From assembly GCA_964016885.1 (NCBI GenBank), contig OZ024743.1:234298001-234362000 (forward strand): a stretch of 64,000 nucleotides of DNA, read 5' to 3'. The notes beneath the pieces were generated by a model. That model searched no databases, was not told the origin of the DNA, and worked only from the letters and a program-made list of their open reading frames with translations. The translations under genes were made by a program, and so were the position numbers. The stretch's first letter is position 1. Every line of letters begins with the position of its first letter. The stretch is from Eledone cirrhosa. Taxonomy: Eukaryota. Below are positions 40,901-54,800 of this stretch, piece by piece.

Positions 40901-43900
40901 GTAAAATCAATAGTTGTGGCTGTGGAACCAAACCGTGTTAAACGTCAGCAAAGTCCGCCGGCGAATGGTGTGCTTCGAAGAAAACGAATCCAAAAATGAC
41001 GATTTGCCGGCGGAGTTACCTTTTCAATCGCGGGCCGGCCGCCCGTGGTCGGATCGATCTGTAATTACTGGTACATGTGCAGACACTCATTGGCTATGTG
41101 TGGCGTGAATTTCAGCAAGATATCTCCGTAAAATCAATAGTTGTGGCTGTGGAACCAAACCGTGTTAAACGTCAGCAAAGTCCGCCGGCGAATGGTGTGC
41201 TTCGAAGAAAACGAATCCAAAAATGACGATTTGCCGGCGGAGTTACCTTTTCAATCGCGGGCCGGCCGCCCGTGGTCGGATCGATCTGTAATTACTGGTA
41301 GATGTGCAGACACTCATTGGCTATGGGTGGCGTGAATTTCAGCAAGATATCTCCGTAAAATCAATAGTTGTGGCTGTGGAACCAAACCGTGTTAAACGTC
41401 AACAAAGTCCGCCGGCGAATGGTGTGCTTCGAAGAAAACGAATCCAAAAATGACGATTTGCCGGCGGAGTTACCTTTTCAATCGCGGGCCGGCCGCCCGT
41501 GGTCGGATCGATCTGTAATTACTGGTACCTGTGCAGACACTCATTGGCTATGGGTGGCGTGAATTTCAGCAAGATATCTCCGTAAAATCAATAGTTGTGG
41601 CTGTGGAACCAAACCGTGTTAAACGTCAACAAAGTCCGCCGGCGAATGGTGTGCTTCGAAGAAAACGAATCCAAAAATGACGATTTGCCGGCGGAGTTAC
41701 CTTTTCAATCGCGGGCCGGCCGCCCGTGGTCGGATCGATCTGTAATTACTGGTACATGTGCAGACACTCATTGGCTATGTGTGGCGTGAATTTCAGCAAG
41801 ATATCTCCGTAAAATCAATAGTTGTGGCTGTGGAACCAAACCGTGTTAAACGTCAGCAAAGTCCGCCGGCAAATGGTGTGCTTCGAAGAAAACGAATCCA
41901 AAAATGACGATTTGCCGGCGGAGTTACCTTTTCAATCGCGGGCCGGCCGCCCGTGGTCGGATCGATCTGTAATTACTGGTACATGTGCAGACACTCATTG
42001 GCTATGTGTGGCGTGAATTTCAGCAAGATATCTCCGTAAAATCAATAGTTGTGGCTGTGGAACCAAACCGTGTTAAACGTCAACAAAGTCCGCCGGCGAA
42101 TGGTGTGCTTCGAAGAAAACGAATCCAAAAATGACGATTTGCCGGCGGAGTTACCTTTTCAATCGCGGGCCGGCCGCCCGTGGTCGGATCGATCTGTAAT
42201 TACTGGTACCTGTGCAGACACTCATTGGCTATGGGTGGCGTGAATTTCAGCAAGATATCTCCGTAAAATCAATAGTTGTGGCTGTGGAACCAAACCGTGT
42301 TAAACGTCAACAAAGTCCGCCGGCGAATGGTGTGCTTCGAAGAAAACGAATCCAAAAATGACGATTTGCCGGCGGAGTTACCTTTTCAATCGCGGGCCGG
42401 CCGCCCGTGGTCGGATCGATCTGTAATTACTGGTACATGTGCAGACACTCATTGGCTATGTGTGGCGTGAATTTCAGCAAGATATCTCCGTAAAATCAAT
42501 AGTTGTGGCTGTGGAACCAAACCGTGTTAAACGTCAGCAAAGTCCGCCGGCAAATGGTGTGCTTCGAAGAAAACGAATCCAAAAATGACGATTTGCCGGC
42601 GGAGTTACCTTTTCAATCGCGGGCCGGCCGCCCGTGGTCGGATCGATCTGTAATTACTGGTACATGTGCAGACACTCATTGGCTATGTGTGGCGTGAATT
42701 TCAGCAAGATATCTCCGTAAAATCAATAGTTGTGGCTGTGGAACCAAACCGTGTTAAACGTCAACAAAGTCCGCCGGCGAATGGTGTGCTTCGAAGAAAA
42801 CGAATCCAAAAATGACGATTTGCCGGCGGAGTTACCTTTTCAATCGCGGGCCGGCCGCCCGTGGTCGGATCGATCTGTAATTACTGGTACATGTGCAGAC
42901 ACTCATTGGCTATGTGTGGCGTGAATTTCAGCAAGATATCTCCGTAAAATCAATAGTTGTGGCTGTGGAACCAAACCGTGTTAAACGTCAACAAAGTCCG
43001 CCGGCGAATGGTGTGCTTCGAAGAAAACGAATCCAAAAATGACGATTTGCCGGCGGAGTTACCTTTTCAATCGCGGGCCGGCCGCCCGTGGTCGGATCGA
43101 TCTGTAATTACTGGTACATGTGCAGACACTCATTGGCTATGTGTGGCGTGAATTTCAGCAAGATATCTCCGTAAAATCAATAGTTGTGGCTGTGGAACCA
43201 AACCGTGTTAAACGTCAACAAAGTCCGCCGGCGAATGGTGTGCTTCGAAGAAAACGAATCCAAAAATGACGATTTGCCGGCGGAGTTACCTTTTCAATCG
43301 CGGGCCGGCCGCCCGTGGTCGGATCGATCTGTAATTACTGGTACATGTGCAGACACTCATTGGCTATGGGTGGCGTGAATTTCAGCAAGATATCTCCGTA
43401 AAATCAATAGTTGTGGCTGTGGAACCAAACCGTGTTAAACGTCAACAAAGTCCGCCGGCGAATGGTGTGCTTCGAAGAAAACGAATCCAAAAATGACGAT
43501 TTGCCGGCGGAGTTACCTTTTCAATCGCGGGCCGGCCGCCCGTGGTCGGATCGATCTGTAATTACTGGTACATGTGCAGACACTCATTGGCTATGTGTGG
43601 CGTGAATTTCAGCAAGATATCTCCGTAAAATCAATAGTTGTGGCTGTGGAACCAAACCGTGTTAAACGTCAACAAAGTCCGCCGGCGAATGGTGTGCTTC
43701 GAAGAAAACGAATCCAAAAATGACGATTTGCCGGCGGAGTTACCTTTTCAATCGCGGGCCGGCCGCCCGTGGTCGGATCGATCTGTAATTACTGGTACCT
43801 GTGCAGACACTCATTGGCTATGGGTGGCGTGAATTTCAGCAAGATATCTCCGTAAAATCAATAGTTGTGGCTGTGGAACCAAACCGTGTTAAACGTCAGC

Positions 43901-46900
43901 AAAGTCCGCCGGCGAATGGTGTGCTTCGAAGAAAACGAATCCAAAAATGACGATTTGCCGGCGGAGTTACCTTTTCAATCGCGGGCCGGCCGCCCGTGGT
44001 CGGATCGATCTGTAATTACTGGTACATGTGCAGACACTCATTGGCTATGTGTGGCGTGAATTTCAGCAAGATATCTCCGTAAAATCAATAGTTGTGGCTG
44101 TGGAACCAAACCGTGTTAAACGTCAGCAAAGTCCGCCGGCGAATGGTGTGCTTCGAAGAAAACGAATCCAAAAATGACGATTTGCCGGCGGAGTTACCTT
44201 TTCAATCGCGGGCCGGCCGCCCGTGGTCGGATCGATCTGTAATTACTGGTAGATGTGCAGACACTCATTGGCTATGGGTGGCGTGAATTTCAGCAAGATA
44301 TCTCCGTAAAATCAATAGTTGTGGCTGTGGAACCAAACCGTGTTAAACGTCAACAAAGTCCGCCGGCGAATGGTGTGCTTCGAAGAAAACGAATCCAAAA
44401 ATGACGATTTGCCGGCGGAGTTACCTTTTCAATCGCGGGCCGGCCGCCCGTGGTCGGATCGATCTGTAATTACTGGTACCTGTGCAGACACTCATTGGCT
44501 ATGGGTGGCGTGAATTTCAGCAAGATATCTCCGTAAAATCAATAGTTGTGGCTGTGGAACCAAACCGTGTTAAACGTCAACAAAGTCCGCCGGCGAATGG
44601 TGTGCTTCGAAGAAAACGAATCCAAAAATGACGATTTGCCGGCGGAGTTACCTTTTCAATCGCGGGCCGGCCGCCCGTGGTCGGATCGATCTGTAATTAC
44701 TGGTACATGTGCAGACACTCATTGGCTATGTGTGGCGTGAATTTCAGCAAGATATCTCCGTAAAATCAATAGTTGTGGCTGTGGAACCAAACCGTGTTAA
44801 ACGTCAGCAAAGTCCGCCGGCAAATGGTGTGCTTCGAAGAAAACGAATCCAAAAATGACGATTTGCCGGCGGAGTTACCTTTTCAATCGCGGGCCGGCCG
44901 CCCGTGGTCGGATCGATCTGTAATTACTGGTACATGTGCAGACACTCATTGGCTATGTGTGGCGTGAATTTCAGCAAGATATCTCCGTAAAATCAATAGT
45001 TGTGGCTGTGGAACCAAACCGTGTTAAACGTCAACAAAGTCCGCCGGCGAATGGTGTGCTTCGAAGAAAACGAATCCAAAAATGACGATTTGCCGGCGGA
45101 GTTACCTTTTCAATCGCGGGCCGGCCGCCCGTGGTCGGATCGATCTGTAATTACTGGTACCTGTGCAGACACTCATTGGCTATGGGTGGCGTGAATTTCA
45201 GCAAGATATCTCCGTAAAATCAATAGTTGTGGCTGTGGAACCAAACCGTGTTAAACGTCAACAAAGTCCGCCGGCGAATGGTGTGCTTCGAAGAAAACGA
45301 ATCCAAAAATGACGATTTGCCGGCGGAGTTACCTTTTCAATCGCGGGCCGGCCGCCCGTGGTCGGATCGATCTGTAATTACTGGTACATGTGCAGACACT
45401 CATTGGCTATGTGTGGCGTGAATTTCAGCAAGATATCTCCGTAAAATCAATAGTTGTGGCTGTGGAACCAAACCGTGTTAAACGTCAGCAAAGTCCGCCG
45501 GCAAATGGTGTGCTTCGAAGAAAACGAATCCAAAAATGACGATTTGCCGGCGGAGTTACCTTTTCAATCGCGGGCCGGCCGCCCGTGGTCGGATCGATCT
45601 GTAATTACTGGTACATGTGCAGACACTCATTGGCTATGTGTGGCGTGAATTTCAGCAAGATATCTCCGTAAAATCAATAGTTGTGGCTGTGGAACCAAAC
45701 CGTGTTAAACGTCAACAAAGTCCGCCGGCGAATGGTGTGCTTCGAAGAAAACGAATCCAAAAATGACGATTTGCCGGCGGAGTTACCTTTTCAATCGCGG
45801 GCCGGCCGCCCGTGGTCGGATCGATCTGTAATTACTGGTACATGTGCAGACACTCATTGGCTATGTGTGGCGTGAATTTCAGCAAGATATCTCCGTAAAA
45901 TCAATAGTTGTGGCTGTGGAACCAAACCGTGTTAAACGTCAACAAAGTCCGCCGGCGAATGGTGTGCTTCGAAGAAAACGAATCCAAAAATGACGATTTG
46001 CCGGCGGAGTTACCTTTTCAATCGCGGGCCGGCCGCCCGTGGTCGGATCGATCTGTAATTACTGGTACCTGTGCAGACACTCATTGGCTATGGGTGGCGT
46101 GAATTTCAGCAAGATATCTCCGTAAAATCAATAGTTGTGGCTGTGGAACCAAACCGTGTTAAACGTCAACAAAGTCCGCCGGCGAATGGTGTGCTTCGAA
46201 GAAAACGAATCCAAAAATGACGATTTGCCGGCGGAGTTACCTTTTCAATCGCGGGCCGGCCGCCCGTGGTCGGATCGATCTGTAATTACTGGTACATGTG
46301 CAGACACTCATTGGCTATGTGTGGCGTGAATTTCAGCAAGATATCTCCGTAAAATCAATAGTTGTGGCTGTGGAACCAAACCGTGTTAAACGTCAGCAAA
46401 GTCCGCCGGCAAATGGTGTGCTTCGAAGAAAACGAATCCAAAAATGACGATTTGCCGGCGGAGTTACCTTTTCAATCGCGGGCCGGCCGCCCGTGGTCGG
46501 ATCGATCTGTAATTACTGGTACATGTGCAGACACTCATTGGCTATGTGTGGCGTGAATTTCAGCAAGATATCTCCGTAAAATCAATAGTTGTGGCTGTGG
46601 AACCAAACCGTGTTAAACGTCAACAAAGTCCGCCGGCGAATGGTGTGCTTCGAAGAAAACGAATCCAAAAATGACGATTTGCCGGCGGAGTTACCTTTTC
46701 AATCGCGGGCCGGCCGCCCGTGGTCGGATCGATCTGTAATTACTGGTACCTGTGCAGACACTCATTGGCTATGGGTGGCGTGAATTTCAGCAAGATATCT
46801 CCGTAAAATCAATAGTTGTGGCTGTGGAACCAAACCGTGTTAAACGTCAACAAAGTCCGCCGGCGAATGGTGTGCTTCGAAGAAAACGAATCCAAAAATG

Positions 46901-48805
46901 ACGATTTGCCGGCGGAGTTACCTTTTCAATCGCGGGCCGGCCGCCCGTGGTCGGATCGATCTGTAATTACTGGTACATGTGCAGACACTCATTGGCTATG
47001 TGTGGCGTGAATTTCAGCAAGATATCTCCGTAAAATCAATAGTTGTGGCTGTGGAACCAAACCGTGTTAAACGTCAGCAAAGTCCGCCGGCAAATGGTGT
47101 GCTTCGAAGAAAACGAATCCAAAAATGACGATTTGCCGGCGGAGTTACCTTTTCAATCGCGGGCCGGCCGCCCGTGGTCGGATCGATCTGTAATTACTGG
47201 TACATGTGCAGACACTCATTGGCTATGTGTGGCGTGAATTTCAGCAAGATATCTCCGTAAAATCAATAGTTGTGGCTGTGGAACCAAACCGTGTTAAACG
47301 TCAGCAAAGTCCGCCGGCGAATGGTGTGCTTCGAAGAAAACGAATCCAAAAATGACGATTTGCCGGCGGAGTTACCTTTTCAATCGCGGCCCGGCCGCCC
47401 GTGGTCGGATCGATCTGTAATTACTGGTACATGTGCAGACACTCATTGGCTATGTGTGGCGTGAATTTCAGCAAGATATCTCCGTAAAATCAATAGTTGT
47501 GGCTGTGGAACCAAACCGTGTTAAACGTCAACAAAGTCCGCCGGCGAATGGTGTGCTTCGAAGAAAACGAATCCAAAAATGACGATTTGCCGGCGGAGTT
47601 ACCTTTTCAATCGCGGGCCGGCCGCCCGTGGTCGGATCGATCTGTAATTACTGGTACATGTGCAGACACTCATTGGCTATGGGTGGCGTGAATTTCAGCA
47701 AGATATCTCCGTAAAATCAATAGTTGTGGCTGTGGAACCAAACCGTGTTAAACGTCAACAAAGTCCGCCGGCGAATGGTGTGCTTCGAAGAAAACGAATC
47801 CAAAAATGACGATTTGCCGGCGGAGTTACCTTTTCAATCGCGGGCCGGCCGCCCGTGGTCGGATCGATCTGTAATTACTGGTACATGTGCAGACACTCAT
47901 TGGCTATGTGTGGCGTGAATTTCAGCAAGATATCTCCGTAAAATCAATAGTTGTGGCTGTGGAACCAAACCGTGTTAAACGTCAACAAAGTCCGCCGGCG
48001 AATGGTGTGCTTCGAAGAAAACGAATCCAAAAATGACGATTTGCCGGCGGAGTTACCTTTTCAATCGCGGGCCGGCCGCCCGTGGTCGGATCGATCTGTA
48101 ATTACTGGTACCTGTGCAGACACTCATTGGCTATGGGTGGCGTGAATTTCAGCAAGATATCTCCGTAAAATCAATAGTTGTGGCTGTGGAACCAAACCGT
48201 GTTAAACGTCAGCAAAGTCCGCCGGCGAATGGTGTGCTTCGAAGAAAACGAATCCAAAAATGACGATTTGCCGGCGGAGTTACCTTTTCAATCGCGGGCC
48301 GGCCGCCCGTGGTCGGATCGATCTGTAATTACTGGTACATGTGCAGACACTCATTGGCTATGTGTGGCGTGAATTTCAGCAAGATATCTCCGTAAAATCA
48401 ATAGTTGTGGCTGTGGAACCAAACCGTGTTAAACGTCAGCAAAGTCCGCCGGCGAATGGTGTGCTTCGAAGAAAACGAATCCAAAAATGACGATTTGCCG
48501 GCGGAGTTACCTTTTCAATCGCGGGCCGGCCGCCCGTGGTCGGATCGATCTGTAATTACTGGTAGATGTGCAGACACTCATTGGCTATGGGTGGCGTGAA
48601 TTTCAGCAAGATATCTCCGTAAAATCAATAGTTGTGGCTGTGGAACCAAACCGTGTTAAACGTCAGCAAAGTCCGCCGGCGAATGGTGTGCTTCGAAGAA
48701 AACGAATCCAAAAATGACGATTTGCCGGCGGAGTTACCTTTTCAATCGCGGGCCGGCCGCCCGTGGTCGGATCGATCTGTAATTACTGGTACCTGTGCAG
48801 ACACT
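34959..48805. repeat. Array domain B: A215C (GGTACC) allele, trimer-dominated
   Basis: GGTACC first appears at 35173. The trimer NW(A215C)-NC-SQC recurs (e.g. ORFs 35012/35239/35466, 36828/37055/37282, 44319/44546/44773). A52T and C60T alleles are absent. Confidence 0.85.
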
Positions 48806-51800
48806 CATTGGCTATGGGTGGCGTGAATTTCAGCAAGATATCTCCGTAAAATCAATAGTTGTGGCTGTGGAACCAAACCGTGTTAAACGTCAACAAAGTC
48901 CGCCGGCGAATGGTGTGCTTCGAAGAAAACGAATCCAAAAATGACGATTTGCCGGCGGAGTTACCTTTTCAATCGCGGGCCGGCCGCCCGTGGTCGGATC
49001 GATCTGTAATTACTGGTACATGTGCAGACACTCATTGGCTATGTGTGGCGTGAATTTCAGCAAGATATCTCCGTAAAATCAATAGTTGTGGCTGTGGAAC
49101 CAAACCGTGTTAAACGTCAGCAAAGTCCGCCGGCAAATGGTGTGCTTCGAAGAAAACGAATCCAAAAATGACGATTTGCCGGCGGAGTTACCTTTTCAAT
49201 CGCGGGCCGGCCGCCCGTGGTCGGATCGATCTGTAATTACTGGTACATGTGCAGACACTCATTGGCTATGTGTGGCGTGAATTTCAGCAAGATATCTCCG
49301 TAAAATCAATAGTTGTGGCTGTGGAACCAAACCGTGTTAAACGTCAGCAAAGTCCGCCGGCGAATGGTGTGCTTCGAAGAAAACGAATCCAAAAATGACG
49401 ATTTGCCGGCGGAGTTACCTTTTCAATCGCGGGCCGGCCGCCCGTGGTCGGATCGATCTGTAATTACTGGTACATGTGCAGACACTCATTGGCTATGGGT
49501 GGCGTGAATTTCAGCAAGATATCTCCGTAAAATCAATAGTTGTGGCTGTGGAACCAAACCGTGTTAAACGTCAACAAAGTCCGCCGGCGAATGGTGTGCT
49601 TCGAAGAAAACGAATCCAAAAATGACGATTTGCCTGCGGAGTTACCTTTTCAATCGCGGGCCGGCCGCCCGTGGTCGGATCTATCTGTAATTACTGGTAC
49701 ATGTGCAGACACTCATTGGCTATGTGTGGCGTGAATTTCAGCAAGATATCTCCGTAAAATCAATAGTTGTGGTTGTGGAACCAAACCGTGTTAAACGTCA
49801 GCAAAGTCCGCCGGCGAATGGTGTGCTTCGAAGAAAACGAATCCAAAAATGACGATTTGCCGGCGGAGTTACCTTTTCAATCGCGGGCCGGCCGCCCGTG
49901 GTCGGATCGATCTGTAATTACTGGTACATGTGCAGACACTCATTGGCTATGGGTGGCGTGAATTTCAGCAAGATATCTCCGTAAAATCAATAGTTGTGGC
50001 TGTGGAACCAAACCGTGTTAAACGTCAACAAAGTCCGCCGGCGAATGGTGTGCTTCGAAGAAAACGAATCCAAAAATGACGATTTGCCGGCGGAGTTACC
50101 TTTTCAATCGCGGGCCGGCCGCCCGTGGTCGGATCGATCTGTAATTACTGGTACATGTGCAGACACTCATTGGCTATGTGTGGCGTGAATTTCAGCAAGA
50201 TATCTCCGTAAAATCAATAGTTGTGGCTGTGGAACCAAACCGTGTTAAACGTCAGCAAAGTCCGCCGGCAAATGGTGTGCTTCGAAGAAAACGAATCCAA
50301 AAATGACGATTTGCCGGCGGAGTTACCTTTTCAATCGCGGGCCGGCCGCCCGTGGTCGGATCGATCTGTAATTACTGGTACATGTGCAGACACTCATTGG
50401 CTATGTGTGGCGTGAATTTCAGCAAGATATCTCCGTAAAATCAATAGTTGTGGCTGTGGAACCAAACCGTGTTAAACGTCAGCAAAGTCCGCCGGCGAAT
50501 GGTGTGCTTCGAAGAAAACGAATCCAAAAATGACGATTTGCCGGCGGAGTTACCTTTTCAATCGCGGGCCGGCCGCCCGTGGTCGGATCGATCTGTAATT
50601 ACTGGTACATGTGCAGACACTCATTGGCTATGGGTGGCGTGAATTTCAGCAAGATATCTCCGTAAAATCAATTGTTGTGGCTGTGGAACCAAACCGTGTT
50701 AAACGTCAACAAAGTCCGCCGGCGAATGGTGTGCTTCGAAGAAAACGAATCCAAAAATGACGATTTGCCGGCGGAGTTACCTTTTCAATCGCGGGCCGGC
50801 CGCCCGTGGTCGGATCGATCTGTAATTACTGGTACATGTGCAGACACTCATTGGCTATGTGTGGCGTGAATTTCAGCAAGATATCTCCGTAAAATCAATA
50901 GTTGTGGCTGTGGAACCAAACCGTGTTAAACGTCAACAAAGTCCGCCGGCGAATGGTGTGCTTCGAAGAAAACGAATCCAAAAATGACGATTTGCCGGCG
51001 GAGTTACCTTTTCAATCGCGGGCCGGCCGCCCGTGGTCGGATCGATCTGTAATTACTGGTACCTGTGCAGACACTCATTGGCTATGGGTGGCGTGAATTT
51101 CAGCAAGATATCTCCGTAAAATCAATAGTTGTGGCTGTGGAACCAAACCGTGTTAAACGTCAGCAAAGTCCGCCGGCAAATGGTGTGCTTCGAAGAAAAC
51201 GAATCCAAAAATGACGATTTGCCGGCGGAGTTACCTTTTCAATCGCGGGCCGGCCGCCCGTGGTCGGATCGATCTGTAATTACTGGTACATGTGCAGACA
51301 CTCATTGGCTATGTGTGGCGTGAATTTCAGCAAGATATCTCCGTAAAATCAATAGTTGTGGCTGTGGAACCAAACCGTGTTAAACGTCAGCAAAGTCCGC
51401 CGGCGAATGGTGTGCTTCGAAGAAAACGAATCCAAAAATGACGATTTGCCGGCGGAGTTACCTTTTCAATCGCGGGCCGGCCGCCCGTGGTCGGATCGAT
51501 CTGTAATTACTGGTACATGTGCAGACACTCATTGGCTATGGGTGGCGTGAATTTCAGCAAGATATCTCCGTAAAATCAATAGTTGTGGCTGTGGAACCAA
51601 ACCGTGTTAAACGTCAACAAAGTCCGCCGGCGAATGGTGTGCTTCGAAGAAAACGAATCCAAAAATGACGATTTGCCGGCGGAGTTACCTTTTCAATCGC
51701 GGGCCGGCCGCCCGTGGTCGGATCGATCTGTAATTACTGGTACATGTGCAGACACTCATTGGCTATGTGTGGCGTGAATTTCAGCAAGATATCTCCGTAA

Positions 51801-54800
51801 AATCAATAGTTGTGGCTGTGGAACCAAACCGTGTTAAACGTCAGCAAAGTCCGCCGGCAAATGGTGTGCTTCGAAGAAAACGAATCCAAAAATGACGATT
51901 TGCCGGCGGAGTTACCTTTTCAATCGCGGGCCGGCCGCCCGTGGTCGGATCGATCTGTAATTACTGGTACATGTGCAGACACTCATTGGCTATGTGTGGC
52001 GTGAATTTCAGCAAGATATCTCCGTAAAATCAATAGTTGTGGCTGTGGAACCAAACCGTGTTAAACGTCAGCAAAGTCCGCCGGCGAATGGTGTGCTTCG
52101 AAGAAAACGAATCCAAAAATGACGATTTGCCGGCGGAGTTACCTTTTCAATCGCGGGCCGGCCGCCCGTGGTCGGATCGATCTGTAATTACTGGTACATG
52201 TGCAGACACTCATTGGCTATGGGTGGCGTGAATTTCAGCAAGATATCTCCGTAAAATCAATTGTTGTGGCTGTGGAACCAAACCGTGTTAAACGTCAACA
52301 AAGTCCGCCGGCGAATGGTGTGCTTCGAAGAAAACGAATCCAAAAATGACGATTTGCCGGCGGAGTTACCTTTTCAATCGCGGGCCGGCCGCCCGTGGTC
52401 GGATCGATCTGTAATTACTGGTACATGTGCAGACACTCATTGGCTATGTGTGGCGTGAATTTCAGCAAGATATCTCCGTAAAATCAATAGTTGTGGCTGT
52501 GGAACCAAACCGTGTTAAACGTCAACAAAGTCCGCCGGCGAATGGTGTGCTTCGAAGAAAACGAATCCAAAAATGACGATTTGCCGGCGGAGTTACCTTT
52601 TCAATCGCGGGCCGGCCGCCCGTGGTCGGATCGATCTGTAATTACTGGTACATGTGCAGACACTCATTGGCTATGTGTGGCGTGAATTTCAGCAAGATAT
52701 CTCCGTAAAATCAATAGTTGTGGCTGTGGAACCAAACCGTGTTAAACGTCAACAAAGTCCGCCGGCGAATGGTGTGCTTCGAAGAAAACGAATCCAAAAA
52801 TGACGATTTGCCGGCGGAGTTACCTTTTCAATCGCGGGCCGGCCGCCCGTGGTCGGATCGATCTGTAATTACTGGTACATGTGCAGACACTCATTGGCTA
52901 TGGGTGGCGTGAATTTCAGCAAGATATCTCCGTAAAATCAATAGTTGTGGCTGTGGAACCAAACCGTGTTAAACGTCAACAAAGTCCGCCGGCGAATGGT
53001 GTGCTTCGAAGAAAACGAATCCAAAAATGACGATTTGCCGGCGGAGTTACCTTTTCAATCGCGGGCCGGCCGCCCGTGGTCGGATCGATCTGTAATTACT
53101 GGTACATGTGCAGACACTCATTGGCTATGTGTGGCGTGAATTTCAGCAAGATATCTCCGTAAAATCAATAGTTGTGGCTGTGGAACCAAACCGTGTTAAA
53201 CGTCAACAAAGTCCGCCGGCGAATGGTGTGCTTCGAAGAAAACGAATCCAAAAATGACGATTTGCCGGCGGAGTTACCTTTTCAATCGCGGGCCGGCCGC
53301 CCGTGGTCGGATCGATCTGTAATTACTGGTACCTGTGCAGACACTCATTGGCTATGGGTGGCGTGAATTTCAGCAAGATATCTCCGTAAAATCAATAGTT
53401 GTGGCTGTGGAACCAAACCGTGTTAAACGTCAGCAAAGTCCGCCGGCGAATGGTGTGCTTCGAAGAAAACGAATCCAAAAATGACGATTTGCCGGCGGAG
53501 TTACCTTTTCAATCGCGGGCCGGCCGCCCGTGGTCGGATCGATCTGTAATTACTGGTACATGTGCAGACACTCATTGGCTATGTGTGGCGTGAATTTCAG
53601 CAAGATATCTCCGTAAAATCAATAGTTGTGGCTGTGGAACCAAACCGTGTTAAACGTCAGCAAAGTCCGCCGGCGAATGGTGTGCTTCGAAGAAAACGAA
53701 TCCAAAAATGACGATTTGCCGGCGGAGTTACCTTTTCAATCGCGGGCCGGCCGCCCGTGGTCGGATCGATCTGTAATTACTGGTAGATGTGCAGACACTC
53801 ATTGGCTATGGGTGGCGTGAATTTCAGCAAGATATCTCCGTAAAATCAATAGTTGTGGCTGTGGAACCAAACCGTGTTAAACGTCAGCAAAGTCCGCCGG
53901 CGAATGGTGTGCTTCGAAGAAAACGAATCCAAAAATGACGATTTGCCGGCGGAGTTACCTTTTCAATCGCGGGCCGGCCGCCCGTGGTCGGATCGATCTG
54001 TAATTACTGGTACCTGTGCAGACACTCATTGGCTATGGGTGGCGTGAATTTCAGCAAGATATCTCCGTAAAATCAATAGTTGTGGCTGTGGAACCAAACC
54101 GTGTTAAACGTCAACAAAGTCCGCCGGCGAATGGTGTGCTTCGAAGAAAACGAATCCAAAAATGACGATTTGCCGGCGGAGTTACCTTTTCAATCGCGGG
54201 CCGGCCGCCCGTGGTCGGATCGATCTGTAATTACTGGTACATGTGCAGACACTCATTGGCTATGTGTGGCGTGAATTTCAGCAAGATATCTCCGTAAAAT
54301 CAATAGTTGTGGCTGTGGAACCAAACCGTGTTAAACGTCAGCAAAGTCCGCCGGCGAATGGTGTGCTTCGAAGAAAACGAATCCAAAAATGACGATTTGC
54401 CGGCGGAGTTACCTTTTCAATCGCGGGCCGGCCGCCCGTGGTCGGATCGATCTGTAATTACTGGTACATGTGCAGACACTCATTGGCTATGGGTGGCGTG
54501 AATTTCAGCAAGATATCTCCGTAAAATCAATAGTTGTGGCTGTGGAACCAAACCGTGTTAAACGTCAACAAAGTCCGCCGGCGAATGGTGTGCTTCGAAG
54601 AAAACGAATCCAAAAATGACGATTTGCCTGCGGAGTTACCTTTTCAATCGCGGGCCGGCCGCCCGTGGTCGGATCGATCTGTAATTACTGGTACATGTGC
54701 AGACACTCATTGGCTATGGGTGGCGTGAATTTCAGCAAGATATCTCCGTAAAATCAATAGTTGTGGCTGTGGAACCAAACCGTGTTAAACGTCAACAAAG

